Shown: positions 63,716-64,000 of the stretch, one piece after another
Layout of the letters: each line of letters begins with the position of its first letter
Position numbering within the stretch: position 1 is the first letter of the stretch
Assembly: GCF_006345805.1 (NCBI RefSeq)
Contig: NC_043013.1
Span: 39,618,001 to 39,682,000 of the forward strand
DNA: 64,000 nucleotides
Reading direction: 5' to 3'
Source of the DNA: Octopus sinensis
Taxonomy: Eukaryota
Made by a program: the position numbers and the translations under genes
Notes under the pieces: model-generated
The model's database searches: none
What the model was told of the DNA's origin: nothing
Seen by the model: the letters and a program-made list of their open reading frames with translations, nothing else

Positions 63716-64000
63716 TAGTGTGTGTGTATGCATATCAGCGTAACGGTTATTTATGAATGCGAGTGATTTCCTCAGTTATCGTTGGCGATAACAGAGTGCA
63801 TAACTTTGAACAAATTTTTGTTGCAAGAAACTGTTTCATAACTTTTTAGTTGTGGAGTTAACACAGTGAATCTAAGAATGCCGATGATGATATAACATCT
63901 TTATGCTTTGATTCCGATCGTTTCAACAATACATGGTTCAGAACACCATGAATATAAATGATTGTGTAATATTACAGTACATTAATTGTGATTCATGTTC

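Overview
This is eukaryotic, AT-rich, microsatellite-dense genomic DNA. The SINE repertoire looks like octopus or another coleoid cephalopod, which is an inference from pattern recognition. The only host gene I can support is a minus-strand tandem-C2 synaptotagmin (synaptotagmin-15-like). Five phase-compatible GT-AG exons are visible at 18752-18659, 9950-9780, 8426-8300, 5468-5286 and 34-<1. I found no upstream exon in 18.8-64 kb, so that region is probably one very large intron. The rest is repeats. (1) At least six families of R4/Dong-like non-LTR retrotransposons with a restriction-like endonuclease (REL) sit in (TAA)n tracts, including one near-full-length copy and a co-oriented pile-up at 35.4-46.2 kb. 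(2) A non-coding, non-tRNA element of about 555 bp shares the (TAA)n target and shows stepwise reiteration of its own 5' end. (3) Two Penelope-like elements have inverted pLTRs, and several variant minimal hammerhead-like motifs are dispersed through the window. (4) A 22 x 166 bp satellite is derived from a SINE. (5) There are also Tc1/mariner relics, a non-autonomous Helitron, HERO/CR1/RTE fragments and many tRNA-derived SINEs. Two short locally templated copies were found, one of which duplicates half an exon with its splice donor. There is no CRISPR array or prokaryotic system.
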